From: Paecilomyces variotii
Taxonomy: Eukaryota
DNA length: 64,000 nt
Strand: one strand, 5' to 3'
Assembly (NCBI GenBank): GCA_004022145.1
Contig: RCNU01000005.1
This document shows positions 60,961 through 64,000 of this stretch, in pieces (the stretch's first letter is position 1; every line of letters begins with the position of its first letter). The notes beneath the pieces are model-generated. The model did not search any database, had not been told where the DNA came from, and worked only from the letters and a program-made list of their open reading frames with translations. The translations under genes were made by a program, and so were the position numbers.

Positions 60961-63900
60961 GAGAGGACGTAGATCTACAGGTTCAAACCGAATTACACAC
61001 ATACAATTCCACTTTATCTCTCCAAGGGCGAAAGAAGTGGTAGGGAGACGTACTTTCGAACAATGCGAATCTGTCTACAATCTGTTTGATGATGTATTTG
61101 AATCCTCTGACTACATTACCGAGCTGCGTTGTCTGGCATGCTAAATCAACGATTGCGAATCACCGGACCCCAATTCTATACGACTGCGCCTATTGATGGA
61201 ATAATATTGATCGAAGAGCTGATTTTTCGAGATGACATCGACATTCTTTACGACCCTCGAGTTTCTGCCCGCTGTCGTCGCATTGAGTGGCCGACCGCTG
61301 CCATCTCGATTCTTAGTTAATAATCCGAGTTCTGACTCCAGTATCAGACGCATGTTGTTTCTAACCGCTACAATGTCACGACTAGATCCCACGAGCTCTT
61401 TCGTGCCTATATGTTGGAGAGTAAGCGTGCGACGAGAAAGACAATCAAGATGGTCACCTTTCAGTCCAATAGTCAATAGATCAAGTATAAGCATAGATCC
61501 GATATTTTGTGAACTCCTGAAAGATTCCAATTATGCAGGCGAAGATCTCCATGGGAACCCAACTGTCGTTACGGCGGCCTATTGGGAGTTTTCTAAACAG
61601 TCTCAAAATGGAAGCACATACTGTCTGAATTGGTAGAGTGCGTAGATCATTGTTTTTTTTTTTTTTTTTTTTTCTGTATCAGATTCTGAGTACCCTTTTC
61701 TGTTCTGTTTTGTTTCGTTATCCTCTCCATCAGTACAATACAAGACACAATACGATGCACAAAACGTATGCAAGACATTGACCCATTTACTACTCCTGAT
61801 GCCAAGGGAAATTTCTTTTTGTAGATTATTACGCCTCACTAGGTAGTACTATGTATCATTCGTGGTGAAACCGGAAAAGGGTCTGAATCTCCGGAAGATC
61901 CGGAGTTGTGGTTCCGAAAAAGCACTTCGTAGAGAATGGAGACCAATTCAACTTATGCAGGTCTTGTTCTAATTTATCCAAAACAAATAATTAACACGCG
62001 AGCGTCCACTACTCCGTACATGGTCGTCACTACGTGCGACAGACAATAATAAGGCTGACTGACGGGCTCAGCTCCGTGATGTCTTCGATTCCAAATCTGA
62101 TCCAGCAGAGCTGAGGTCGAACAGGCTGCCACTAGCCAGCGAGGACTGTCCGCGCGGAACATAGAACCATGGATACGCCCGAATAGGCAATCGATAGTTA
62201 ACTACTCTGTATGGTACACCAGCTAGCCACCACGATGGATCTCTCCCAGCCACTTTCTTCTTTTCCGTTGTGGAACCTTGACAATCCACCCGGATTCCGG
62301 GACTGAGTACGGAGTACGTATGGTAGAATTATTTCCTCGTACCTTGTGTCCCTTTTCGAGAAGCCTCGTTTCCGCCACATCGGAGACTCGGCAGATCCAC
62401 CGTGCATGGGGCGATCCAGTGTACTCCGTATCGCGGAAGCGGCGTGGGACAGCATAGTCACGGATAGTCCGTACCATAATCGTGTGGCTGGTGGTGATCG
62501 AGCCAAGTCAATAATCAACATCTCGATCCATGGTTGGGTATAAATGAGTATCAAATTTCCGTTACCGAGCTAGCAATCCCGCCGGCTGCGTATGCACGTC
62601 GTAATTAACACTTGAACAATCGGAGCTGGAGCCGTGTTGCTTTTCCCCCGAGGCCATGCAGGATGGATGCGATGCGCACGTTGCGCTGTCGGGTAGGGAT
62701 TCTGATATGTTTATTTTGGAGTTTCAGCTCATATACAAGGTACAGCCTGTTTGCTGTCCAGGAAACGCAGCGAGGAAGCATCGTGCTAGTCAGCCTGCGC
62801 GATGCAAAGTAGATCATCTAAGACACATAACCAACTAGTTAGTCACTGTATCGCATGACACATAGGATTAGGACCACTTTGAACTGATCAATTCGCTAGT
62901 GTCGACTTCCTGTATGCGATCGACATCCGACTTGGCGATCTTCTTTTTCGCGTCAACGGCAAGACCACCACACATGTCATTCACAGTATCCACTGAGAAG
63001 AATACATGTTAACAGACTATCAGATTCAATCAAGCTGGCAGCCAAGGAGCGATCCACGCAAGGAGGTGACGGAACAGAAACTGTACGGAGTATACCCGGG
63101 CCCGCAAGATACAACCCGTAGACGCGATCGATCTTGTATCCGCAAGTTCCCCCGCTTGTCTTGCCGTGCAGCCGTTCTGACTTCCCATGGAACAGTTCTC
63201 GCTGTGCAGTGTGGAGTGTCCGCAGAACAAACCCGCCTTACATGTTCTCGTAGTTCTTCCAAGCACGAAGTCGATAGAGCTGTCCCGTTTCGATAACTAT
63301 AAGCAGCACGAACCTGTCCCTTATGCAAGGAGGTTCGTGTCTTACTCGTGATGTCGCGTTTTTGTCGGCTATTATTATTGATAAAGAAGTAAACAATGCC
63401 GGGGCATTGTCGTTTCAGGTGGCAACAAGAGGATGTATTTGGATATGAAGAGGGTCAATTGTCCGCTTATCTGGGCTGCGATTATTGCTTCTATGAAAAT
63501 GAGGGCGTTCCTGGGCCGATTGTGGTCACTACCTCACTGTTACCCTGGTGAACAGTAGTGGTTGTTCCCGGTGGGATAGGAACCTCCAGATGCACCGTGT
63601 TGTTGGCAGCAGAGGACATCCCGTGTCTGCCATAATTTAGTAACTAGCAGGAATAGTCTCGATAAGCAGGATACTTAAGTATACTCACGTGAAGAACTTC
63701 CCCGCCATGCTCGCAACCTTTGTTTTGCGTCGAAACAAGATCTTTGCCCAAAACGATGACTGAACAGCCTAAGCGTAGAAAGAGAGATAGTGCAAAGGAC
63801 CAACTGCTGCTCTGTATACTATCCTGTAGCTGCTAGCACGGCCACATCTAAATCCACGAAGACGGCCCTGAGGATACCGACCACTCCATGTGCTAGGAAG

Positions 63901-64000
63901 AACTGGCCGTCCCAAACGCAAACAGAGTCTCGATGGAAGTGTTGGCGTGAGTAAAACCACCGCCAACATGAGGAGCGGCCTTGATTGCACGATAGCCTGG

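Overview
Eukaryotic DNA from a filamentous ascomycete (Eurotiales-like, judged from GT-AG introns with CTAAC branch points, Zn2Cys6 factors and RIP-type transposon relics). Gene order: partial SDR; acr-2-like C6 factor (apparently frameshifted); PAI2-type FMN-binding protein; a Cys/Met PLP-enzyme pseudogene; facB; a 5.9-kb divergent intergenic region; intron-rich lys9; a complete 2.57-kb RIP-mutated hAT transposon with an exact 8-bp TSD; an Obg/YchF-type GTPase; a small hydrophilic protein; a divergent APH-like kinase / intronless D-amino-acid oxidase (PTS1) pair; a SET-domain methyltransferase; two hydrophilin-like genes with CRE sites; a predicted membrane protein; degenerate gene or transposase relics; the housekeeping block transketolase-spe3-qcr8-phb1-bmt6-like plus a proline/serine-rich protein; and a truncated Ty3/Gypsy integrase in a gene-poor tail. 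The most unusual signal is the Cys/Met-enzyme pseudogene. It is broken by about 16 small insertions (run expansions and 2-4 nt tandem duplications), with no deletion or substitution-derived stop that I could find, while its neighbours are intact. This points to an insertion/duplication-biased mutation process, or to a local assembly artefact. I found no unambiguous new multi-gene system. All product calls come from motif recognition by eye, not database searches, and exon boundaries are manual.
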